Shown in pieces: positions 49,501-61,500 of a stretch of 64,000 nt of DNA. The stretch spans positions 37,916-101,915 of the forward strand of contig CAIOPG010000009.1 of the NCBI GenBank assembly GCA_903860135.1, given 5' to 3'. The notes under the pieces are model-generated. The model searched no databases. It worked only from the letters and a program-made list of their open reading frames with translations, and was not told the origin of the DNA. The translations under genes and the position numbers were made by a program. The DNA is from Candidatus Omnitrophota bacterium. GTDB taxonomy: Bacteria > Omnitrophota > Gorgyraeia > Zapsychrales > Fredricksoniimonadaceae. Numbering within the stretch: position 1 is the first letter of the stretch; every line of letters starts with the position of its first letter.

Positions 49501-52500
49501 TCCTTGCAATGAATATATTCATAATCATTTAGGCCATTCCATTCTGGCACATATTCCATGATATGCAGGTTAATATTGTTCCGTTTGACTGACAGATAAT
49601 CACTGCGGAGAATATATACATAGCCTTGTTCCGCATAGGGCGATACCATCGATGGCGCAATGGTTCCGTTGGCAATCAAGCTGCGCAGCGCGTCGGAATC
49701 GCTAACCAATACCAGATCTTTGCCGTTAAGCGTCGTATGGACTTCTCCACTGCCTGACGCATAGGTGACAAGGTAAAGCTGACGCAAAGCGGTAGTATCG
49801 GGGTTATAGGCAACAGCAAACGTGCCATCCGGCGATGCGTTCACCGTGATCGTGGAAGAATCTCCGGCGCCGGTCTGATATTCTTTCCCGGTTTTAACAT
49901 CATACCAACCAATCTGATCCACATTGACATTGAGCGTGTAATACCAGTTCCCCTTTAGTACGGGCGTCCAATCAGTTTCTTTCATGTATGTCGTTAGAAA
50001 ATATTCAATAACCTGCTCCTGAATAGTCCCCGACGGCTCACGGATAATGCCTACCTGATATGAAACTTTCGTTTCTTCGGGTCTGACATAGCTGATTTCA
50101 CGCAACATACTCCCACCGGTAGCATTAGCAGAAACGATGGTTACATTATGAGCAGCCTTCAGGGTAATGGCGTCAACACGCGCACTTGCTGAAATAACCT
50201 TGATTTGACCGGCATCTGATATGGTGATGTTACCCAACACCGATCCAGCCGAATCTTTCTTCCCTGTAAAGAATCCATTAACGTCGCGCTCACCGGCAAT
50301 ACACGAGACCGCTTGTCCAGCCTTAACAACCCCGGTGATCTGCAGATACTGCAAGGCCAAGGCATCAATGCTGCCTGTCGCCACAAGGGTACCGCCAACA
50401 GATAAATTCCTGGCTTCAATCCAAATGCTGTTTCCTGCGCTAATGATCGCGGGCAAGGCGTCGGTGTCAATGGCCGCGCTTAATGAAATGTCGCCGTTAA
50501 ATCCATGGATATCAACGCGCGAAACCCAAGGATCAAGTGCTGTAATAGAGGCACCCTGCGTTACTATTAATCCGCCGATACCTTCCATCAGGATACGTTG
50601 ATGCGCCATCACCCTGGCATCAAAACTTTTCCCCTGATTATCGACAGATCCAACCACATAAACCAAGCTGTTGGTGGTAATGGTCACGGCACCGGCACCG
50701 TTGATCTCCTGCTGTCCCCCGGAGTGAGCACCCACCCAACCTTCGACGGCAATAATACCGGTACTTTCAAGATCTATGTTCCCGTTGACAGAAAGCGTAT
50801 CCACCATTGCCCCGCGTTTAATCTGCAAGTCTGGTATAACGCCACTTGCGCCCATGACGTTTGTCTTCAACCCACTGCCCAGCGTAACCCTTTGCCCCGC
50901 CAAAATCAGTCCCCCCACCTGAAGACCACCGGCGGATTGCACTTGAATAACAGCATTTGAACCCAATGCAGTCATAGATCCTGATAATAATGTATCACCG
51001 GCGGTGGTCTTGATGTCAATGGCATTGAGTATGTTCCCGCTCCAATTTGCCGTCAGAAGACTTCCTGCATCCAGATAAAAAGATCCGGCCACAATGGCAA
51101 TGTTGTCCATGGCCGTTATAGAACCGGGCACGGTCGCGGATACTCCGTTAACGTAACCTTTCCCGCCGATCAACACCGAAGCATGTGCTGTAATCTCAAC
51201 CTTAGCGCAATTCAGTTGCCCAGCCAGCTGAATATTCATCCCTGAATCGAGGATAAGCGTAATGGGTGTATTGCCTGCACTGGCCTGAAGTATGGTCGCT
51301 GGACTCAGGTATAATAGCGCGGTATTCAGGGCATCGGTTGCTTGGGCTGCCCGAAGAATGATTTGATGAGACGCTTCGAATATGGCACCGAACTGAACCA
51401 TTAAATCCGATTGATCGTTATAAATCACATTGGCCACACGCCCTGTGGTAAAGTTCCATCCGGCACTCATCATGATATTACCGTGTGCCGTCGTCACTTT
51501 CCCTGTCACTAAAATATCTTGCCCTGCGGTTAATGTGATATTGCCATCCGTCGCGATAAAACCAGTTAATGACGCATTCAGATCAGCCTTCAGCTCTATG
51601 CCTTCAGACAGGATGGTTGCACCGATCACACCTTCCAGGTTTAAGGCACGGCCTGATAATACGACATTGCCAGCCACATCAATGCGGCCATAATCCTTGC
51701 CAAGCCATATAACACCGTTAGTGGTATGCACCGTTAATGTAGATCCGGAATATGACATATTAATGGGATTATCTATAATTATGTCCCCGTTGCCCATGAT
51801 CGTAATATTCCCTGTGGCAACAGAAAGCACGGCCGTCTTGGTGATACCAACACTTTGGGTTTGACCAACGGATAAATGACCAGATACCATCATAATGGCG
51901 TTATTGGCTGTTATGCTTCCACTGATTGTTAGCACACTGCCTCCGTTTATACCTACCGATGAACCATCGCCAGAGGCCGACAACAACCCTTTCATCATGA
52001 AATTACTGCCTGCATCGAGGATAAAATCAATGGAACCATTGCGTGTCCGAATTACCGCCGGGACATCAACAGTTATTTCACGACCAGCTCCCCCACCTGT
52101 GAAAACAAGTCCTGCGAATGAATCAATGCTTCCCCCGATGTAAAAAGCAGCATCCCCTGAAAGTAATACCCTCCCGCCCAAAGCCGCGGCGCTGATCATG
52201 GCTACAGGTTCAATGGCGTCAACCGTTCCTGTTGACAGACCTAATAATATAGCGTTCATGCCACCGGTAATACGGAAACGCTGGCCTTCGCTGGTGAAAA
52301 CAATCTTCCCGTCATGCAATATGACTTGAATGGAAACTGGCGTTGGGCTGTCAGACCCAAGACCTGCGGTTTTTAAGGCGGCATTGATCGCATACTGAAC
52401 ATCGGCTATAAGGCCTGCCACACTGCGGTTATCCTCCGTGATCGTTTTAGAAATATTGACCAGGACCTGCCGGAAAACATTTTTTTCTGTTTCAACGGAC

Positions 52501-55500
52501 AAGGTGAATTGGACACTGTCCGGTAAAACCCCACCGGTATGCTGTGGCCAGTTCGCAGTTTCAATGGCTAAAGAATAAGGTGTGGCAAATAATTCGAGGA
52601 TACCCTGCCCTGCCCTGATATCAATGGTACCATTATCTGCGAACGTTTTAATTTGTGCCGAACCATAAACCGATACGCCATTGCCCGCCGTAATGAGAAT
52701 TGATTTGCCGGCAAATAAGAACAATCCAACCCGCACTTGACCCAATACAGTAATAGAAATTGAGCTTTGCGTATCAAAAACTGTCAGCGTTCGACCAACG
52801 ACTGTTTGATGAACCAGTACATCGTTCATAACGCCACCTGCCACCACGCCACCCAGGATACGCGCGTGAAAGCCAGCTGTAATGTTGATGCGGCTATTGA
52901 CGGTTACGGTTGACAGGATAGACGCCCCATCGATATCCACGCTAAAACCGGACGTTGATCTGCCGTTCAATAAAATAGCATCATCGGCACTAAGGATACC
53001 GCCACTGTAAAGGCCGTCCCAGAATCCGCCGATGAGAATATGTGCGTCGGCGGTAATGGATATTATGCCACCGGCTGCCCGCGCGTCGCAATTACCCAAG
53101 ATAACAGCGTCTTGCATCGCGTACACCGTCATCATGCGTGCGGTTATCCCGCTGGAGCTCGTAAAGACAACGCTCGCTGAACTTGATGCATCATCGCCAC
53201 CGGTAATGTCCACCGCCCCTTGGGCTTCAACAGTGCCGTCAAGGAACATTTGTTCATTAGCCTTGATCGAAATGATGGCGCCATCACCGACCGCCGTCAT
53301 AACACCAAGGATACGCACCTGATTCTCACCGACGATATTGATGGAAACCAGCTGATCAGCTTGATGCATACTGGTGATCCGGCCAACCTTTGTAACGATG
53401 ACACTGGCATGGGCGCGTTGAGCCGTTAGATGATCGGTGGTAATTCCAAAAAATTCGCTGTTACTAACACCCGTAATACTGAAAGACACGGGATTATCCA
53501 TCACTAGCCGTCCACCTATAATCCATACTTTCATTTCCACAAGACCTGCGTTGATCAGTGCCTGTTGAATGGCCGCAGCCGATCCCCAAATGGTCGACAT
53601 GGTCCTCAGATTAATCATCTGCTTTTGGATCAGTCCGTTACTGTTGATAATCGTCCGTTCAAGGACAACGGCTATCGGGTCTTGGGTAAGCAGTAGATCA
53701 CCGGTGGCAACAAATCGGAAGTGTTCATCGGCTGCAACAGCCGGGATCAACAGATTGTTGGTACCCTGGCATATTTCCGTATGACCAATGGCCGTCAGTG
53801 TAAATGAAATTTGGCTTAAGAGTTGAACCGTGTTATTAGCACCAAAGACAACGGCAAACTGAAAAGGTTGTAATACTGCCGTGTTGTGGATCACCGTATA
53901 CATATTGGAAGCTTGCGTAGCCTGGGTGACACCGGTGATCGTAAAATCTGACACAACGGCGTGGGTTCCTTCGAGTGTAGCGCGGGTTATTCCCAAGAAA
54001 ATCTTGTCTGATGAAGGCAAAAGGGTTAAATCGACATTTGACCAGGGCACAGCCGTGTTGGCAGTCAATTCATCAAAACCGTCGAAACCAAGACAATCCG
54101 CATTTTTTAATGGCTGGATTGAAAATGAGCTGGTCGAACTCAAGAATAATTTGGCACCGAAAAGGCCGACATTAATGCCTGATGGAAGCTGGGACTGCAT
54201 CTGTGCCAGCAGATCCCAAAGGCTGGTACCGGAATTAACGGTGACGATAACCGATGTGTCTGCCGCGGTGACCTGGAATTGAACAGTATCCGGCAGTATC
54301 CCGTCGGCATAAAGAATATCCCAGGCACCAGTAACCGTGTAAAAAGATGTTGTGTTTGTATAGCCATCGTTGAGGCCCAATAGGCCGGTATTGCGTATGC
54401 CGATCAATGAAAAGAAATACTTGCTGCCCAAGACGATGCTATTGCCCTCCACCCGCGCCACCATATCCCCGTTGACGATCCCGTTGTCAAGGGTCGTCAG
54501 CCCAGCCGTGATGCAAGCATCCTGAATATCCGCCGCGAGATCCCAGCGGGTAACGTTATCGGCCGTTGCTGATGCTAATACAACCACGGGCACATGGCTT
54601 GTCATTGTTCCTTTAGAAATATTCACAACCAGGCTGATATCCGCCGTGAGTTGCCCGTTGGCCGGTATTAATCCCATCGCAGAAACCCATTGCCAACCGT
54701 TTAATGGAAGCGCCGCGTTTGAATCGGTCAACCCCAGCGTCGCAGACCCACCCAGACCGGTAATACTGAAATCATGGCCTGACGTGAACTGAAGTTTATT
54801 GTCTACCGTCAGTGTTACCGTAATGCTGTCCATGACCTGGCCATCTGCAGCGACAATAGTGAACCCCGCCTCGCGCAGTGCCCATTGAACATCTTGTGCC
54901 AAATCCTCGCGTGTTTGATTGGCCCGATCAGGATGCACACGTACAAGGTGCGGGACGCCACCCGTAAATACTTCAAGGACTGCTTCTGATACCAGGATAT
55001 TTGAAGTTAAGGCATCGGTAGCCGTAACGATATAAACAGACGATACACCGCCATTTATTACGACCTTTCCCTCTGACTGGATCTCTCCATCAACATACAC
55101 CTGCCGAGATGATTTAATCGATATCCCTGAACCCGCTCCACTCACGAAAATATTTCCCAATAGACGTATATCGTTATCCCCTCTGACCACAAGGGTATCG
55201 TTCGGAGCGAGCGTGCGTAATGTTCCGGACATCAGCAGGCTGACGCCGGAATTATCTATCCCGCAATCAAGCTGCATATGACCGCTGGTCGTCACCGTAC
55301 CGGTGATATCCATCCTCCAGGCTGAAAATAACGATGCGCTGGAATTGGTTCCTGTCTGCAGCCATACCCCGATAGCCATATCTTGACTGTAACCAGCGGC
55401 GATATCCCCCTTGATCGCCACCGAATGCTCGGCGGAAACTAAAAGCTGACTGTTATTCAAAGTTGTTTGGATCAAGGCACCAAGTTCAAGCGAGAAATCT

Positions 55501-58500
55501 GCCAGTGCCGTGCAGGTAATTACGGCATTGTCAGCGTCTGCAACAACGATCCCCGCCAGTCGCATGGCTTTGCCGGCATGGAGTGTAATAACTGCCGAAG
55601 GATGGATAACCTCGAGGGTACCGGTGAGTTTAAGCGTAAGATTATTACCAGCCGTTAAGGCTATCCCGCGCGTCGCTGTCACCGCACAACGGTTAACCCC
55701 ATTGGCAATAGTGATATCGTGCCCTGCCATCATGGTGACCGTAGAAGCCTGACCGTTGGTCGAAATAATGCCGTCCGACTGAATATCTTCAGTGGCTGTA
55801 AAGTTAATCAAACCATTACCCGAAATAATGCTTCCCGCTGTTGTTAAGGTCAATCCGTCGCCTGTATCCCTTCCGTTGACAATTAGGGCGATATCTTTAT
55901 CGGCCCTTATGGCACCGCTGACCAGGAGCGTGTTATCTGCCGCAACCATGATAGACGTGGCAACGCCATCACCGATCAAGTTCCCGGCCAATATCACATC
56001 GATAGCTTTGATGTTAATGTCCTGCGCCGATCCAAGAGAATAAACGGTGCCGGTCAGCGTAAACCGTTCCACCGACCCATGATCATTGAACGTCAGTACA
56101 TTTGCCGTGGCTACAAGCCCGGTCACGGAAACATTCCTGGTACCATTCAACACAACCCAGGCGCCATTGCCCCGTTGCGTTTTAATAAAACCACCGCCGA
56201 GGAGTTCGTTGATGCCACCGAATATTTTTCCACTGACAGTCAACGATTTGTCCGCCTGAATAAAGATAGAAGGCCCGTTGTTATCCCATGATCCCGGTAC
56301 AGAAATAATTCCGGTTTCCTGGACAACATCTTCCTCTCCGTAAATTCTAACCCAGTTATTATCCGCAGTAGCGTCAGACCGGATGACTCCCGCCATAAGG
56401 GCATTATTTAAAGACCTGATGTCAATGCTGGCATTGTCTTGCAACACCACAATCTCGGCTTTATCACCTAGACGCAGACTGGTTATCTGTGTATCTTTAT
56501 GTAGATTATTACCGGCGGTAATCATCACGTTCCCTTGAACACGCATAAAGCCCCAAATCTGCAGCGTATTGGTTGCGAGGATACTGACCTCTCCGGCAAA
56601 AATACCAGCGGATACGGAAGTATGAATATCTGTAAATTTGATTTCAATATCATCGGCGATCAACGTGCAATGACCACCGATATTATTTGGTGGATCATCA
56701 TAGACGTTAACTATTCCCCAGACCGTCAACGTATCAGCATGATATTGCACATTATCATTAACGGTTAAACGGCCAAGGATCATGACATTCTTGGACACAG
56801 CATCTGCATTGTTAACGCCGAACTGCAACAAAGTAAAGCCATCCTTGATTGCCGCAAGGTCTCGGGTGGATAAATCCAGCGAAGGCCGCAGGTCTACCGT
56901 AGCTGACTGTATATACCCAGGATCGTCTTCATTATGCCCGAGGGCATCTTCGGCTGCGGTACCAAATGTATATTGCCAGGGATCAGACTTTGCCCGAATA
57001 ACCAAAGTCCCCGTACCGATGATGCTATTGATGCCAGACTTAAAATCCATATCGTCGGCTGTCAATGCGATCTCTGCCAGATATCCGTGGGCTACGATTT
57101 TACCTGTTGCAAGCGTTAACAAGCTAGCCTGGTTATTCAAGGTAATAGAAATATTGCCATGCCCCGCATCAATCGCTTTATCCCATGGCTGATGACCAAC
57201 CGCATTAATCAATCGAGTGGACCACCCGGGAATGGCAGCGTAAGCGCGGAGAGTAAACCCGTCATTTTCAATTGAAAAAGTGGAAGAGGCTTGCAAGGTC
57301 AATCCATCAGATTCCACAATAACAATATTACCGCTCCCTGAAACAGAAGTAGTAACAGAAAGTTTGGCGACGGTCGTCGTGATCGGCGCAGCAACGCTAC
57401 CAACGGTATCGCGTGCAAACAAGACGAGATGGCCGGCAGAAACCTTGATCGGTGCTCCCATGGATGTGATCGAACCTAATGGTGCCATCAAGCGTATCCA
57501 GCCAGAGCCATTCCCATCTCCGGCGGCATTAGATCCGGTGACTGAAGCCAAAAGATCGATGTTAACGTTGCTATTTACTGCTGTCTGGTTAAAAAGGGCA
57601 TACAATAACTGCCGGTATTTCTCGTTCGCCGCACTAAGGATAAGGCCTGACGCATCAGTCAGACCAGACACGAAAGGTTGCAACCATAAGGGTGCTGTCA
57701 TGTCCTCGCTCGAGCTATTAAAAATAATGACGCCCTGACTCCTGAGATATTCTAACAGTCCGGATAGATCCGTCGCGATGACGCCGGCATTTAATAATGA
57801 TTGACGGGTAACATATCCGTTTCCAAACGATGCCAACTCGATGTAGCCGTTATCGACAGCCTCGAGCGAGACTCCCCGGGTATTAATAGAACCCAGCGCA
57901 TGCAACAGAATATGTCCTGCTCTCACCGGGCCTTGAAGCACAGCATTATTGATAACAGTCGCGATCACCCGTAATCCTACAGAATCAAGGTCAATCAGAC
58001 CACCCGGCCCTGTGCCGGCTATCGCCACTGTTCCACCGACATTAATAATCGTATCCCCATCAACGGCGACATTACCATGCCGTGAGGCAAACCGTGTGCC
58101 AAAACCGATCATGGTTTCCCGTTCAATGCCCGATGTTTGACTGCCATCGCTGGCAACAACACCAAAGTCGACCCGCGAATCGCCGCTGAGGATAGCATAA
58201 GGTTCCAAGACCAGAGGGATTTGCTGACGGGTTGTCAAATCCATGGTAAATTTCTGCTCAATAACAATTTCATCGAAAGCGCCCCCATTATCAACAATGG
58301 CAAGAGTTTTCTTTATATCCGTAGGATTTACAGGTGCCATGACAATCCAGTAGGTGTCATTACCCCCGGCATCTATAATCGTCATGGGGTTTTCCGGCAA
58401 CGATGATACCGTCACATTATCATTGCCCGAACCCAGATTTAACTGCGGGACTACCGTGCGCAACGCATTGATACTTGAACTATCGGAGGTTACCGCAACA

Positions 58501-61500
58501 CTCGTCGCGCCGATAATGGCATCAAGAGGCTTGTTCATGCCGGAGAAATCCAGGAATGTTTGCCCGAATGTGTCACTGAAAGTATCATTTCCAAAATCAT
58601 CGTTAAAGATATAACGGTCATGACCTTCGCCGCCCCGGAGTGTATCGTCACCGGATCCGCCATTCAATACATCATTCCCCGCGCCACCGGTCAAAATGTC
58701 ATTGCCGTCGCCGCCATCAAGAATGCCGCCGACGTTACCACCTGTTAACCGATCGTTCCCACTCCCTCCAATTAAAGACACATCCTTTAACGCACGCGAG
58801 GCATTTAGGATATCATTGCCATTGCCGCCATCGAGAACCCCGCCGGCAACACCGCACGTTAATCGATCATGGCCATCATCACCAAAGAATGTTACAGGGA
58901 TATCCAGCAAACCGGAGGCATCAAGGGTGTCATTGCCGTTGCCACCATGCGCCACCACTGATGTTACACCTTCGTAGGTTTGAGTCCATTCCCGATAAGT
59001 AACTGTGACCGTTGATCCTGAACCGGTCAACGTAAATGTTTCGTTGCCATCGTCTTTATCAATGTACTGGCGTTGATACGCCAGTGAACCGGAATGCACA
59101 TGCATCACGCCTGAAGAAACATCCGCAAGATAGGGGGCCACTACCGGCGCACGGTAACTCCCCGACCAAAGAACCTGGTTGCATAAAGGATAATTCAGCA
59201 ATCGTTCCCAATGGAACGGAACATAGATATCCACGAAGGCATTGGCAAAAAATGACAGGGTGGCATCCATATTAACAAGATTAAAGAAGCCGTCGCCATT
59301 ATACCCAAACATCGTCGCAACTTCAGAACCATGAATGCGTCCGTCGTTATTCAGATCCTGGAAGTCAATGCCGACATTAAGATTAAGGCCGCCACCCAAA
59401 CCGCCGCGCACAATCAGGAATCCTACGGCTGCTTCAAGACCCACTGAAGCGGTGAACGTTAGTTCGTACTTGTCTTTCCCGTTGATATCAAAATCGTTGA
59501 GATAAAAACCGTCCATCGCATCCAGATAGTTGCCACTATCAATGGCTTTGCGAATGCCTGAGGTATCATAACCAAATGACAGGTCTGCCATGGCTGAGAA
59601 GCCACCAAAAATGGAAATTGATAACTGAATTGGGCCCAGCGGAATCATGGCAAGTTGTTGACGGAAATTCATACTGAATTGTAAAAGTGGCAAGGTACTG
59701 GTGAACAAGACGGCATTACCGCCCGTAAACACGGCCATCCAGTTGTCCAGTTTAAACAATGGGCTGATATCAAACAATTTTCGATCATCCAACGGAGACG
59801 CATTGCCATCGGCGTTGCCCGCGCCCTTCAGTGCCGTCATCACCTCTTCGAGCTGGCCGCTATTAGATGCCGGATTGGAAGCCTGACAAAAGGCAGTTCC
59901 AAGCCCGCCGAGGTCGCCCAACAGAATAACGCCATCATGCGCGATGGATTGCGAAACAGCGACGATCCTATCCACCATATTAAGCAGGTAGCGGGCATCG
60001 TTCACAAAACTCCAGTCGATCGTCTTGTTCTGGGTGCTCGCCACAAGGCTGATCAAACCCATCATATTGGGGGCATATCCCCTGCTTTGGAGCAAGGGGC
60101 CAAGCCCTGGGATCGTTTGACTAATCGTATCGATCACGCTCTTGATGGGCCCAAGGGTGTTCTGGATTTTGCTGGCAATGGGTAGCAAAACATTACCGAA
60201 CAGGCTGTCCATCTTGATCCCGAGATTATTTAAACCAGTCACCAACTGTGTGGTGCCCCCCTGCAAGGACCATCCCCAATCCAGGTTAAAGTCACCTGCA
60301 AGGCTGGGGAGCCATCCACCATTAGCCACACTTAGTTCCAACCTCAGGTTGATATCTGCCTCGACGCCGAAATCGATCTTGAATATTTTGTCCAGGGGGC
60401 GAGAAAAGACGTTATCGAGCGTTAATCGATCAGCAGATCCTCCGTCAATGTTCAAGGATAAGGAACCAAAAAGACCACTGGTGGTAAAGGGGCTGTCGGG
60501 ATTATTATTCCCCTCATCGGTGGCTGTCAGATTAAAAAACAATAATTTCCCGTTTGCCTTGAAAGGAGCACCCCCGATGCCGGTCAACACCGCACCAACA
60601 TTTACTTTTAATTCAGGATTGGTGGGATCGCTATTCGTCGAAAGATAAAAACCGTTGGCCAGGCTCAATCCAAAACCAAAATCAAATGACCATTCTCCGA
60701 CAAGCCCGAATCCGCCATCGAGAGAAAAACCGAAACCTGGCAAATCAAGGTTCAGGGGGATCTGCACCGAAGAATCAATCAATGTCCCGCCAAGGATCAA
60801 ATCAAACTGAATAGCATCCGCACCGCTGGGAACACGTTCGCCCACATGCCATAGCTGGTTTGTACCGTCTTTATTCATCCACCGTACCTGAATATCGGCG
60901 ATGGTAATCAGGTTATTGCCATCGGAATCAGTGAGCAGGACGTGTTGTGGCGTTGTCAGCAGGTCAAAAAGACTTTGACGGATCAATTCCACTGTTTTCC
61001 CGGTCCCATCCAATTTGTTGCGCAGATCTGTCAGAAACCCATTACGAAAATCACGTAAGAAATGGACTGTATCCCCCAGACTGGAACCAAGGAACGGAAT
61101 ATTTTGTGCCAGTGCCGAACCAAAAACATCCTGCATGGCACCCAAGGCCATATCCAGACCGCTGATCACATTAGAAGGATCATCAATGAGCAGTTCCAAG
61201 GGATTCCCCCCAAAACCAGCTCCGGAGAGCAATTCATTGATCCTTTCACTGAAATTAGGTAACGTGCCGGTATTAACAAAATGGAAACCTGTTTGGTCAA
61301 AATAGCCCTGGCAAGCCACCAATCCAAAATCCAGCCGGCTACCAAAAATATCCACGGTTACAGGCAATGAGGTGGAGAAACCAAATTGAAGATTACTATC
61401 TAAAACATTCAGATTGATCAGATTGTTCGTATTAGAGGTGAGTGTTATGGTGAGCGAGGCAGGAATAGCATTGGCAAGAACGCCATCGGCGTTGAATACC

